Notes: a model not told the origin generated them from the sequence alone. 63,612 nt of DNA, filler included, from Reticulomyxa filosa (GCA_000512085.1; 23 parts of 23 records of this genome joined end to end with filler, not necessarily neighbours in it), one strand, 5' to 3'; shown: positions 1 through 14,671, numbered from the whole stretch's first letter. Numbers and translations are program-made.

Positions 1-24
1 TAATAAATAATAAAAAAACCTGTA

Positions 25-460
25 ATGCTTGAGGAGAGCAAGAAGAATGATAAAATCGCAACAAACGCGCTTTGTTGACATTTACAAAGCCAAAGTAGAC
101 GACAGGCAGAGCGAGACTCGAACAGACAGTAACGTATTGCGTTGACTTTGTCGACTTGGCTTGTACTGCCATGGTCGTCTCGTAGTAAACGAGTGGCAGA
201 TGCACATTCTCTTCTTCTTCTTCTTCTTCGTCCATCTTGTTGTCCCAATCGATCTGGCCCTTCGAATAGTGATTAGCACTCTCCAAAAACGAATTGAAGC
301 AATGTGCTGTCACTTTCAAGTCGACCAGCTCCACTTGGTATATCCCGTCGTCCGAGCTCAACAATTCTTTTCTATTGTCTCAGAGACTTTCTTCTCTAAA
401 TCAATGGCTACTAAAAACTCAAAGTCAATCCCATGTTTTTATCCATTTGTTTTATTATTG

Positions 461-497
<37 letters not shown>

Positions 498-971
498 CAT
501 TTATTAATTACAACATACACACATTACACACACACTCGGCTTTTTTTTTCAACTCGTAGTAGTTGGGTTCGGTGGCTGATACCACTCACATCCAATATCA
601 TCGTCCAACTCCAATAAACCCTTCCAATGTAATAACATCTTTTCAAATGTCGGGTTTTTCTGCCTATTGTATTGCTCCTCCATCATCTTCGCCAACTTCT
701 CTTGCCATCCTTCTTCCAATCTCAACGACCATAACGCTGTTTCGCCTTTTTCTTCTCTTTCTTGTTCTTGCCCACTTTCCTTTGGACTTTCTGTCTTTGT
801 TTTGCACTTTTGTATTGATGCCGTTTTCTCCATTTTTCCCACCATTTCTTTTACGGCGTTGTTCCAATCAATTGGATTGTCAGCAAATGTTAATCGGTCT
901 ATTTCACCGTTCATTTCTGTCCAAAAATGTTCCAAGGAAGACTCCATGTTTGGATCTAATTCGTTGGTCAT
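25..971 (-). CDS. Hypothetical multi-exon protein (3' partial; 5' end uncertain)
   Basis: A protein-like exon at 549-971 (MTNELDPNMESSLEHFW...) is followed by an (AAT)n-containing intron and a further protein-like exon (...LSSDDGIYQVELVDLKVTAHCF...DEEEEEENVHLPLVYYE). Confidence 0.55.
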
Positions 972-1493
972 TCAAGCAAACTTTGAATTGGCACAATAAG
1001 TTTAATCGAGTTTTTTTCTGGAAGGGGGCATACGCAAATTTCTGCTTGTACTTTGCGCAACATACTTCCCAATAAAGTACAAATCTTGGGAGACTAAAAC
1101 TACGTATTGTAGATAAAAAAGTATACGCCATGCTTGGGGCATTTTGTTATTGTTGTCGAGGGATGGATGGAAAGTCAAACATTTGCTTGAGCTCTAGCAT
1201 TTTTTGGATAAAAAGTCAGAATTTTCCTTGTTGGTAGTGAATAATAAAAAAAAATTGTCTGAAATAAAGTTTTCCAACTATAAATTTCCGCCTGTGGTTC
1301 AATAACTGAAAAGAGCTTACTTTTGTTAAACTTAAATAAGATATGAACAACTCTGCAATAACAAGAACTAATATATAACACAACATTGACGAAACGTTAA
1401 CGATAATGATTCCAAAAAAAAAAAAAATGAAAAGAAAAAAAACAAAAGACAATAAAATAGAGATATGTAAATGTAGTTTGCAATGTAAAATAA

Positions 1494-2237
1494 TTAGACT
1501 TCATGATCAACATCATCTGGGACCCGATCTCTTTCTTTTGTATGTTGTCTCATTTGGAGCAAATGTGTAGTCACCACGAACATAACACATTCATAACAAA
1601 TCATTACTATTGTGAGAGCTCCCACAATAATTCGAACATTTTGAACACTTTTCCGCATTGCATAATAGCATCCCTCACACTCAGTGTTTAGTGTTGCAAT
1701 GGTGTCATTGGTGGTTCCTTGAAATGATCCAACCCACTCTGATGTATCATAGGATGTGTCGAAATCGCAACAGTCCAAACTTTTTTCCAAGTGGCTCCGT
1801 TGTGAGTCGCTCAAATGCTCCCATCTTTGTTGCATCAATCTCTTCAACAGTGTCTCATTGAAAACTAGACAGGCAATCGCAATCTCAAGAAACAATGCCA
1901 AAACGAGTCCGATTAGATAGACAATCAACAGACACCGATTTTTGCTCCTTGCGCTGACACAACCCAAAGTCGACACCAACAATATCGCCACGCCTAATGA
2001 CAATGATAAGGCAAATAATATCTCGTTCACTTTGCCAATGTAGCTAATACTACCTTGAGTGAATCCATACACGGCCACTGATATTATTATTATCGCCAAC
2101 ACACTAAACCCAACGTTCACCCATACCACAATGCTACGTACACATCGAGTGCAGCACGGATCTTTCACTTTTTTCTCGCTATCGTATTCTGGCATATTGT
2201 AGTCATATCTGTTGTTTTCCATATACATACTTTCCAT
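1494..2237 (-). CDS. Tetraspanin-family protein
   Basis: 247-aa intronless ORF with four hydrophobic segments, GCVSAR..NRCLL between TM2 and TM3, and a large extracellular loop with LDCCDF ... CEGCY before TM4. Confidence 0.85.
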   Translation of the reverse strand: MESMYMENNRYDYNMPEYDSEKKVKDPCCTRCVRSIVVWVNVGFSVLAIIIISVAVYGFTQGSISYIGKVNEILFALSLSLGVAILLVSTLGCVSARSKNRCLLIVYLIGLVLALFLEIAIACLVFNETLLKRLMQQRWEHLSDSQRSHLEKSLDCCDFDTSYDTSEWVGSFQGTTNDTIATLNTECEGCYYAMRKSVQNVRIIVGALTIVMICYECVMFVVTTHLLQMRQHTKERDRVPDDVDHEV

Positions 2238-2894
2238 TCAGGTTACGTATGTTTTTGTTTTTATTTTGTTGTTCAGTGGAATACCACTGAACACAAAAGC
2301 TTTCAAAATCAAATATGCTTCTCTTATTACACTATCTCAATTTTGCACGTCTGTATCCGCACATGTTTCGTTTTCATGCGTTTTTTGCATTCGTTTTCAC
2401 AACAGCAAACTAACTCAAGCACAAATTTCACCTGTTCATCACAACACTGCCACGATTTGTTCTTGACATGTTGGATTTGTTGTTATTGTTAAACGAAAAA
2501 AGCCAAGGAAGACAAGTGTTCAGAAAATTCAAAAAAGGACGTGTTTCACTTTCATCAACGATTGCTGTGCACTTTCATTTGACGAATAGAACCAGGAGGA
2601 AAAAATTTTACCGTGTAGGTGTGGTTTCATCTTACAATTACTTTTGTCAAACTATTGATTCTCAACCCAAATTTGAATACTGTTCATTTTCTAAATATGT
2701 CGCAAAACAGTGCTTAAGAAATGTCGGTGCAATACTGTTCGTCTTAAAAAAAAATAGATATTTTCGTTGATGAACATGAACTCACATAAACTTTTCATGG
2801 TTTTGAGGAAACTAAACTTGTCCGAAAGAAAGAGATGGTAGTGTGAGGAAGGGGGGAGGGGAGGGATAAAAAAAAATCGAAATACTAGCCACCA

Positions 2895-4273
2895 ATGTCC
2901 ACTCTAAGTGATTTTGCAACCACACTTGCTCAAGGAAAATGCGACGAAGTAACAAATTTACGGAATCAAATCAGATACCTTTTTACATGGGTAAGTTTCG
3001 AATGCGTTAGTCTAACAAACAAAGCTGAATTAAGTTTGATAGTTGGAATATTTTGTTGTGTGATGTTGTAGTTGGAAGCACTGCGAGGACGCTTAGAGAT
3101 GCAGTTAGAAAATGATTATCCGTCTGCACTGAATCCTATTCGTCTTACACATCGAATCGATACCTTGCAACGACACCTCGAAACGCTAGAGCAGCGTGTT
3201 GCCCAGAAATTTCCGCGCTTACAAGTGTGTCCACAAAAAATTTACAATATAAAAAAAAAAAAAAAAAAAAGGAATATCCGAACAAAAAAACTTACGTGCT
3301 GTTTTGATTGAAACAGCAAACATCTATTGCATTGATTGAGGCCTTGCGCCAACAAAATGCAAATGTGAATCGACTACGTACTAAATGTGGTCTTGCATTC
3401 CCGGGTATCCCCCCTTATGTAACATTTGAGTTTGAGCAACAAGCGACTGAGTTCTTGCGGACATTTGAAACCATGAATGATCGCAAAGTGCCCAGCGACG
3501 CGTCATGTAGTACAACCACACAAAACTGGCCCTCGGATTCGGCCCACTTGAATGAATCGATGACCAATCGTGGTGTTTCCGACATGGCGTCTCATCTAAA
3601 TATTAATGTATCATCATTGACCGGTTCTCCTATCGTCGTCAGCCCTAGTTTATTTGATAACCCTTTTTTTTTTTTTTTTTTTTTTTTTTTGTAATAAATC
3701 TCCGATGATTGAGGGGGAAGAACAAATTTGATGAGTAATCATTTTCTTTTGTGGTGTACTTTTGCAAGATCGAAAGGATATGATGGACATTGACCAAAGC
3801 GATTTTACAATATCAACAAAAAACTCATTTGGAGTGTTGAGTAGAAGCCAATTTATAATATATAATATGAATTTTTTTTTTTTTTATGTTTATTTAAATG
3901 ATCATTGACGCTTTGTCTAGGACGCAGGAAATGTTTGATTCGTTACCTCGGCTTGTTCGACAGAGAGCAAAAATTGAACAACTGAACGACGCGTATAGTA
4001 TCATCTACGACGCTTGTTTGGCGAACCAAAGTGACAAGTATGTTTTGTTTATCTCTTCCCAATTCAAAAAAGACTTAAAATGTCCACATTTTGATGTGAA
4101 ATTTGTATAGTGGCGTCCAACAAGTCACTTTCAAACAATTGTCCGATAGTGGACTGACCTTGTCCGGACAAACAGGACAAGCAATTCTTAACTGTTTACG
4201 GCAATTGCATTTAATTTCATGCAACAAAAATGGAGTGGAGCTCAAAAAACCTTATCCAACACGTTCAAAATAA
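2895..4273 (+). CDS. SKA2: Spindle and kinetochore-associated protein 2-like (multi-exon)
   Basis: ATG at 2895, introns at 2991-3071 and 3225-3316 plus others, stop TAA at 4271-4273. The N-terminal LRGRLEMQLENDYPSALNPIRLTHRIDTLQ and C-terminal FDSLPRLVRQRAKIEQLN...GQTGQAILNCLRQLHLI resemble the Ska2 N and C motifs. Confidence 0.65.
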
Positions 4274-4696
4274 ATTCTATTGTATTGTATTGTTTTCGGT
4301 TACAATGCTTTTTTTATGACAATTTCTATTTAATTTCTGCGTTTTTTAAAAATTTTGCTTCTTCAAATTATCAATTATGCAAATATCTGTATTTTAGTAT
4401 TTAATTTCGTTACATGAAGCAATACTGTAAAATTGTCATAAAATCAATTATCTCAAAAGAGAAAATTATTTTTGCTTAAATGTTTCGGTTGTACATACCT
4501 TCGAGTTTTAATTAACTCGATATATACTGATGCATTGTTGATACTTGTTCATTTCCACGAAACTAAATTATCAATTGCATTGAGAAAACAAATACCAAAG
4601 TAAGTAATTCTTTAAAAAAATAATTATTAATTTTTCCAAAAAAAAAGTTGGGCAATGGGTAACCTTCACTTTTACTTCCGAAATATAATATTTCAG

Positions 4697-4879
4697 ATAT
4701 GTGTCAGTCTCCGAAAGTGCAGCTGTTCTGGAAACACAGATCCTAGTGCAGCTGCTACCTGTACGGAGCTGCTCATATAGGAAGAAAGCATCCGAAAGGA
4801 CGACTTCTCCGATCGAAGAGTGACTGTCTGCTGCAGACGGCTAATCTCGGAGAAAATCTCTCGTAGGAGCTTCTTCCAC
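4697..4879 (-). ncRNA. Candidate box H/ACA guide RNA (snoRNA/scaRNA-like)
   Basis: GC-rich island in AT-rich intergenic DNA. On the minus strand: long hairpin 4877-4780, hinge ATATGA (ANANNA H box, 4778-4773), second hairpin 4772-4705 with an internal pocket, and ACA 14 nt below the upper stem. TATAAA lies about 20 nt upstream. Confidence 0.7.
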
Positions 4880-5173
4880 CCTTTTTTATTGTTATTTATA
4901 TTGACAGCGCCGATTTAAAATTGATATATGCTGAATATAAATGCAAAACATAATGCAGAATGCAGAGAATCTTTCCAAAATATATTTTGTCAATCCAAAA
5001 ACTTTTTTTAAAGATTAAAAAGAGAGGAAATTGAGACGTTGGGAAAATCTTCAGTAATACACGCACACAAATACAACTGTACAAAAAAAATGATATTATC
5101 TCTCTTTTTTTTTTTTTGAAAGAATTGATGGATCACTTTTCAACAACTTTCCATTGGAAAATGGACATGTCAG

Positions 5174-5273
5174 NNNNNNNNNNNNNNNNNNNNNNNNNNN
5201 NNNNNNNNNNNNNNNNNTTAATTAATTAANNNNNNNNNNNNNNNNNNNNNNNNNNNNNNNNNNNNNNNNNNNN
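5174..5273. other. Artificial contig spacer (44N-TTAATTAATTAA-44N), first of 22
   Basis: An identical 100-nt spacer with stops in all six frames occurs at 5174, 6623, 7759, 9388, 10776, 13547, 16300, 18451, 19837, 25525, 27030, 28353, 31782, 36189, 40802, 42324, 45010, 49244, 52577, 54743, 58035 and 61216. Confidence 0.98.
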
Positions 5274-5297
5274 AAAAAAAAAAAAAAAAAAGAGCAT

Positions 5298-5843
5298 ACC
5301 TGGATTAATACGAACAAATACATTGTCTGAAGGTTTTTCACCTGATACGTGCAGCCCTAGGGATACATTAAAATAAAGACTATGAGTACTACTAATTTTT
5401 TTAAAAAGATAAAATAAATAAATGTGCAAGGCTTATACATGCAGTTTTTTACTGTTTTTTTTTTTGTTTTTTTTTTTTTTGATGATTGTTTTGATGAAAT
5501 AATTTATACCATGCACGTGCAAATTCGTGGTGTTTGGGTCCATGTGACTGCCATGGGTTGTTGGATTGAATCGTGACTCTGGACCCAAATTGTTTTTATA
5601 TAATATTTTGTAAGTGTTGCCTCGCGTCATTCGAATTGTTGGCCCTGGTATGTCACCGTTGATTGCCCTTGTTGTAAATGAAGTAGCTGTGTTTATATTC
5701 TTCTTGAACACATCCAATGTCAATGTTGCGTTGAAAACCCCTGGAGCCTCTTGAATCCAAACTAACTCTCTGGGATTGTCTAAACATTGTTGTGCTCCAC
5801 TCTCAAGAATGTGGAACGCACAAATTATTAACAGCAACAACAT
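5298..5843 (-). CDS. Secreted multicopper oxidase, first cupredoxin domain (3' truncated)
   Basis: Signal peptide MLLLLIICAFHILESGA, then INGDIPGPTIRMTRG and the Cu-binding TTNLHVHG spliced to LHVSGEKPSDNVF. Confidence 0.85.
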
Positions 5844-6777
5844 TGTTTTGCAAAGAAGCCAAGCGTCGAAACCTTTTCAAGAAAATGAATTTTTGGGAAA
5901 CCAGGCAATTATGATCAAAAACAGTTTCAAATCACAGATTAATGCAAAAATTAAAATTGCAATTTACCACACATGAACCTGTTGCAAATTTTTTTTTTTG
6001 CAAAAATGCCTGCTTTTTGAACTATCGCCTCAAAAAAAAAAGAAATATGTGCATAATCTTTCGTTTTCCACAAACGTTTTCGGTTAGGGGTATTAACGAT
6101 CCTTAAACAATGTAAAAAATTAATGTTTATTTTACTTTCTTTCTCCTTCCTTTCTAATCCTTTGATTTGGAAATGAATGCTGTACTTTATATTTTTTTTA
6201 TCCCCTACACTGAATAGTTTTTATTTAATAGATATGGACTCATGAAAGAGTTTTGATTTTCGAATCATTAAGTACTTAGCACGTATTTCATAACCCCACC
6301 TAGGTGACATCGAACAACAGTGCTGTTAGTTGCAGCACTAGAACATCCTTGACGTCATTCCACATCAACCCAATTATTTTTATTTATGTGAGTTGCAAGA
6401 ATGGCATTACAAAAAAACTTAAAAAAAAAAAGACAAAGAAAGAAGGAAAGCTGTGTGCATTGAGACGAACACAAAGTCAAAATAAAAATTTGTATTAAAA
6501 ATATTAAAAAAAGAAAAAAAAAGGGGGCAATATTCTTTTTGTTTTAACAACATTTAATTTTGATTTGAATGCTTTTGTGTGAAAAAGAAAAGAGGAAAAC
6601 AATAAAATAAAATAAAATAAAANNNNNNNNNNNNNNNNNNNNNNNNNNNNNNNNNNNNNNNNNNNNTTAATTAATTAANNNNNNNNNNNNNNNNNNNNNN
6701 NNNNNNNNNNNNNNNNNNNNNNTTTGAGATTGTCGAAAACTTTCCAACTATGTTTTTTTTTTTTTTTAATGTGTTGT

Positions 6778-7338
6778 TTACAATTGGAAAAAAAAACTTC
6801 TTTTGATATTGTTTTGTTTAAATTTTATTTTTTTTCTCTCTTCTTCTTTGTTGGAAACAGAAACATGAATTGTGGATATGTTGGTGATAGCTAAGTTTAC
6901 TTGCTGGCCCAAAGTTCGGACTAGCGTGGCAGTATCCTCAATTTGTTTGATAAAATTGTCATCAGTGGCGATGCTACCATCAGCGGCGAGTCTTTGCATA
7001 AGAAGCTCTTGATGATTTAATGCTTGTTGGTAGGTAGTCCATAACACCATTGCGTTTATTTGTGCTTGTTGTGATTGGATCGGTGCTTGTTCAACAGTTT
7101 GCGGAACTTGGTTGTACCATGTTCCTCCTCCCCCTCGATTCATTTGTGAGGGCCAAGTCTCGTTGGTTTGGTTCATTGAACCAATGTTTTGATTCATCGA
7201 ACCAAATGATTGATGAGATGTTGTCATTGTTGGCTGCTGTAATTCAGTTCCTGGGGGCTGCTCCGAAAATTCATTATACATTGAATAAGTTTGGTTGGTA
7301 CTTTCATTTGTCGAAAACTGATTTTGCGCACCCATCAT
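6778..7338 (-). CDS. Hypothetical Q/N-rich protein exon (partial)
   Basis: 186-aa ORF with a low-complexity Q/S/N region followed by helical sequence. It runs into a probable intron. Confidence 0.5.
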   Translation of the reverse strand: MMGAQNQFSTNESTNQTYSMYNEFSEQPPGTELQQPTMTTSHQSFGSMNQNIGSMNQTNETWPSQMNRGGGGTWYNQVPQTVEQAPIQSQQAQINAMVLWTTYQQALNHQELLMQRLAADGSIATDDNFIKQIEDTATLVRTLGQQVNLAITNISTIHVSVSNKEEERKKIKFKQNNIKRSFFFQL

Positions 7339-7858
7339 TTCATTTTTTGGCTTCTGTCCAATCCACCATCAATCAGAGTGTATTACAATATGTATGCATA
7401 TACTTGTTCTCTTTTTGAGTGTTTCAAATAAATATAAAAACATTTGTGAACAATATATATGTATATGTATGTACATATATGCAAGTGTATCATATAAAAT
7501 GTTTTATTGTTGAATTGAAAAATGTATCACATACTCTAGGGGGTCGACGAGCTCCATTTGTTGGATTTCTCTTTACAGTGTTTATGTTTTCTATCACACA
7601 AAATTTAAAAAAAAAGGTGGATAAATAGATGGATAAAAAAAAGTGGATAAAAAGCAATAAAAAATAATGATGACACACAATAATGGGTCTTCAAATAAAA
7701 TAAAAAAAAAAAGACTCATAGAGTGACAAGTACGTTTGCCTCAAAGTGATCCCAAAAANNNNNNNNNNNNNNNNNNNNNNNNNNNNNNNNNNNNNNNNNN
7801 NNTTAATTAATTAANNNNNNNNNNNNNNNNNNNNNNNNNNNNNNNNNNNNNNNNNNNN

Positions 7859-9048
7859 ACCTTTCAATTGAGACAAATAGCCATATTTCTTGATTCGTTC
7901 TTTAATTGGTTCGTTAAAAGAACGTTTTGGAATAGTAGCTGCGTATTTGTGAATAATCTTTGCCAGTATACCTCCGGTTTTTTTCAGCAAATTTGTTATT
8001 GCTTCCACGCTAACTATTCCGTCCAGAGTTTTATACAGCTCTTGCAATGTCATATCTTCTGGGAAATAAACTCTAAAGCGAAAATTAGTTGTTTTTTTTT
8101 TTTTTTTTTTTTTGAGAAAGCGGAAGAGTGAAAGAAGTAAGAAAGTTCTATTTTTTTTTTTCTCCTTTCTCACACAAGAAAAAATACCTTACGGTTTTCC
8201 CTGTTTCAGTTAATTTGCAAGCATGTTTGAGCTTTTCTCTTCCATTTATAGAATTTTTTGCCTTTCTTAAATCACATACTTCTTCTTTTTCTTTTTCCTC
8301 TTTGCTCGGTTTTTTTTCCAGATTTTCCTGGTTTTTTTTTTTTTGTGCAAAGCATAACAAGTGCGATTGCACAACATAGGAACACCTCGTTTTATTTTTA
8401 CAAAGTATTCTCCTTTTATTAATTATCTCTTAACTACATGAGATTCTTTTTTGTCGACTCTTAATTTTGATTCTTCAGAAGATAAAGGCGGACTATTCTC
8501 TCCGCACACGTCAGTAGTATTATAAGGAAACTCTTTTTGTGTAGGAGAATCACCGTATCTATGAAAATGAATGAAGCAAAGCAAGCAAAAAGTCTAAAAG
8601 ATGAAGACTCTAGTTTTTAGAGTCTGTTTTTTTTGTTTTTTTTTTTCTTATGAAAACTATCAACTCTTCTCTATGTCCCTGCTGTGCTTGCTTTTTCAAC
8701 GAAGCATTCTCATTGACCAAGCTAACATTGTGTTTATGAAACAACTCAATGTCTTGTTTCGCGTTTTGAAACATCTTTCGTAGGTCTATTATTTGCTGTT
8801 GTAGGTGTAGGTTCCTTCTTTCCTGTTGCAGGTGCAATATTTCCTGTTGTAATTCCATTTTTTCACATTGTACGTCTTCATATTCGGATATCGTTGTTTG
8901 TATATATTTTTTAAATATATTTTTGGGAAAAAAAAAAAGGTGGCCTAACTAGCTCCTTTTGAACGGCTTGTTGCGTTTCCTTGAGTCCATTTTCAACGCC
9001 TGGACTCATTGTCTCTTCGTCTAGTTGGAGCGTTATTGTCCTACTCAT
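7859..9048 (-). pseudogene. Fragmented hypothetical coiled-coil/repeat-family gene
   Basis: Consecutive protein-like pieces in different frames (MELQQEILHLQQE..., EVCDLRKAK...LKHACKLTETGKTVRYFFLCE, FRFRVYFPEDMTLQELYKTLDG...). Truncated by the spacer. Confidence 0.4.
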
Positions 9049-9594
9049 CTTTTTAAATTTTGATTATTTTCTTTACAAGATTTAACTTCTTTTTCACCGA
9101 GTTTGTGTTTTTGGAGTGGCTTTTTGTTCAGTTTTTTTTTAAACTGGGACACAATTTTTGAAAATCACACTGTCAGTTGTTTTATGACAACGATTTCTCA
9201 AAAAGCTTGAATGAACGACTACAACTATTGACAAATGCTCATAAAATCCTTACAAATGTACTGTTAATTTATTCAATTACCTACATTGAAATATGTAGAG
9301 ACATAAAATATAACAAAAGACTGCCTTTTCACTATTACCAGAAATTTTTCATTTTTATGAAAATTTGTGGTATCACTGCAAGAGGGGNNNNNNNNNNNNN
9401 NNNNNNNNNNNNNNNNNNNNNNNNNNNNNNNTTAATTAATTAANNNNNNNNNNNNNNNNNNNNNNNNNNNNNNNNNNNNNNNNNNNNAGTGGACAAGACT
9501 TTCACATTAGTCTTTTTTAAAAAAAAAAAAATGAAGGGGGGGGTGGGGATTTATACGTATACTCAAAAGTAAAAAAAAAAAAAAAAAAATCAAA

Positions 9595-10620
9595 ACTGTC
9601 CAAAAGGTTAAATACTTTTCAATGCATTCTTCATACTCACGTAAAATGACAAAGGCGTCATAATATTTTTCCATACGTTGACTAATCTCTGTCAAACTAT
9701 AATCGAGCACAATGCAGCGCAGTACTTCCATGACGACACGCAAAGACTCTCTGACGGAGAGTGTGAAGTACACTTGGATGGACGCTTGGTCTCGACGGAA
9801 AGAGCTCAGACTCAATTCGATGGCACTGCATAGTTCGAAGAACAGATCGGTGTTGTCGAGCCCACCCTCCATGTCACTGCTCTTGCTACTGTTTGCACTG
9901 GCGCTGCTCAGTTCATTCAACTTCATCCACCACTGTTGTCTCAGCGCCAAGCACATTGCCATTTGCTTGCGTTCCATTAACTCCGCCACATTCCACATCT
10001 GCGCCCCGCTCTTATTCCTCGTGTCTACACGTTCGTGTGTCAGCGTCGATGAGTTTTCCGCACCAGCACCAGCGCCAGCATCGGCAGGTTGCTCTACGTT
10101 TTCGTCGATTGTTTCAACACGTTGCTATAATAAAAAGTTATCATAAAATATAAATTAACAAAATACTATATGCATATACATATATGTATACGTATACTTA
10201 TTATTTATTACAAGCATGTACGTAAAAAAAAAAAGGTAGATACGTAGTTATTGAAAGAAACACACAACAGACAAACAGGCTGAAATGAAACTTGATGTTG
10301 AACCTTTTTGGATTCGCTATAAATCGTCTCCAAGGTGTTGTTTGACGGGGGTAAAATGACGCTGCTTGTGGGATTGTCAGTCCCGTCTGCTGGCTTCGTC
10401 GTCGACGCCGTTGGATCTAATTGGTACCGTGCCACTATTTGATCCTTTTCCAATAACATCATGTCTTGTTCCATTGCTAGCAGCTCTTGCAAGGTGCTAC
10501 ATGTTTGAGTCAGTAGTGTCCCCCCACGAGGGCAATTTACTCTTGTCGCCAGAAATATTTATTCGCAACTGATGAGCCACTTTTTGATCGAGATGCTTTT
10601 CAAATTGTTGCCACGTTTTG
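9595..10620 (-). CDS. Hypothetical alpha-helical multi-exon protein (partial)
   Basis: GC-richer exons at about 9600-10125 and 10290-10620 with protein-like helical translations, flanked by AT-rich introns. Confidence 0.55.
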
Positions 10621-10875
10621 TTGCCCATTTCTGTTATATACGTCTTTTTTTTTTTTGGTAACATTTTGGATTTTGGGTGTACGCACACATATACTTTTTT
10701 TTTTTTTTTTGATAATATGCATATGCAAATATGTGTCCTGCATACAGTGTACGCACAAACCTATTTATACATATTNNNNNNNNNNNNNNNNNNNNNNNNN
10801 NNNNNNNNNNNNNNNNNNNTTAATTAATTAANNNNNNNNNNNNNNNNNNNNNNNNNNNNNNNNNNNNNNNNNNNN

Positions 10876-13373
<2,498 letters not shown>

Positions 13374-13659
13374 CTTGGGGAGTGCTCTTTGTGGTTATAT
13401 ATAAAAAAAAATATCAAAGAAAGGTGATTTTTTTTAAAAAAAGAAAAACTTTTCTACTTGCCCCTTACCCCCCCTCCCTTCCCCCCTCCCCCTTTTTTTC
13501 TATGTTCACTCTACCACTCTCTTCACCGTTTCTTTCCCATTTCTTTNNNNNNNNNNNNNNNNNNNNNNNNNNNNNNNNNNNNNNNNNNNNTTAATTAATT
13601 AANNNNNNNNNNNNNNNNNNNNNNNNNNNNNNNNNNNNNNNNNNNNTTTTCATGGAGAA

Positions 13660-14432
13660 AATCAATTATCATCATAGGATATCGTTTTAGACGTTCAGTT
13701 TTCTTTGCAACTTACTGTATATTTAAACAATAGCATTTGATATTTTTGTTTATTTTTTTTTGCCATTTCTTGCCATTGTCTATTTTCTGAATTTGATACA
13801 AAGCAATGATAATCAATATAATCACTGGTTAGTAAAGCGTCATTTTTAATAAATTGAAATGTATTTAAATCAAACACACTAATATTATTTGATCGATAAG
13901 TGATAAATAACAAATTATTATTGCTTCCACCAATCACTACACGTACTCCTTGATAGTTGTGATTTTGACCTCTTTCAATGATAATTGGATTATTGTGATT
14001 GTCCGTGAAAGGAACTCATTCATTGTAATTGTTTAATTCATCTGATTTGCTTGATATATTACTACAAACACTTACATATTTCGTCACCAATGTATGTTTA
14101 TATTTTCCACCAAAAGATAACAAAGTGGTTTGATTGCTGTCTTTATTTCTGTTATCTACTAGTTTCACTACACAATGTCCATCTAATATAACATCGATTG
14201 GATAATTACAGATATGCTTATATTCGTTTTTGAGGGTATGATAAGAATAACAAATTCTTTCGTTTTTACCTCCACAAATGATGAGTTCGTGTTTGTGCGA
14301 CGCACATTGAGCGTAAGAAAGTGGAGTGTGCAGCTTCTTCAAAATTTGAAAGGAGGTAATAAGATGTTGATTTTGCTTAAGTTGTTCTGTTTCTCTTTCA
14401 GGAGAGTTTTGTGTTGTAGTTTGATTATCCAT
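13660..14432 (-). pseudogene. Kelch-type beta-propeller family member with a premature stop
   Basis: ELIICGG, LLSFGG and VIGGSNNNLLFI repeats. An in-frame TGA at 14016-14018 (NYNE*VPFTDNHNNP) is followed by continued homologous reading frame. Confidence 0.7.
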
Positions 14433-14671
14433 GTTGTTAATGTTGCTGAAGTTTTTTAAGTAGATATGACCCTTTTGAGAAAACAAAAAAAAAAGTATTT
14501 TACATTGATATTTTTTGTTTGGTTAACGAAACAAAAAAAATTGCACATAATTGAATAAAAAAACTAATCAGTATTGTAAAAAAATCCTTTTATATATTGA
14601 AATATCCATTATGTAACTCCATCCTTGCAGTGTTAATGGAAAATAAAAATAATTAAGATCAATTCATTTGT

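Noticed and set aside
161-1075. Numerous short ORF-track entries rich in F/K/L/Y
   Set aside because: They are antisense shadows of real exons or translations of poly-A/T and microsatellite tracts.
4780-4886. Plus-strand SRP RNA or hammerhead reading (TCC-GAAA-GGA, T-run terminator)
   Set aside because: There is no SRP helix-8 symmetric loop consensus, no Alu domain and no CUGAUGA core. The H and ACA boxes fit the minus strand better.
14016-14018. In-frame TGA at a probable Trp position suggesting UGA recoding
   Set aside because: Intact genes here use TGG for Trp and have no internal TGA, and TGA ends the ankyrin gene. A TGG>TGA pseudogenising change is simpler.
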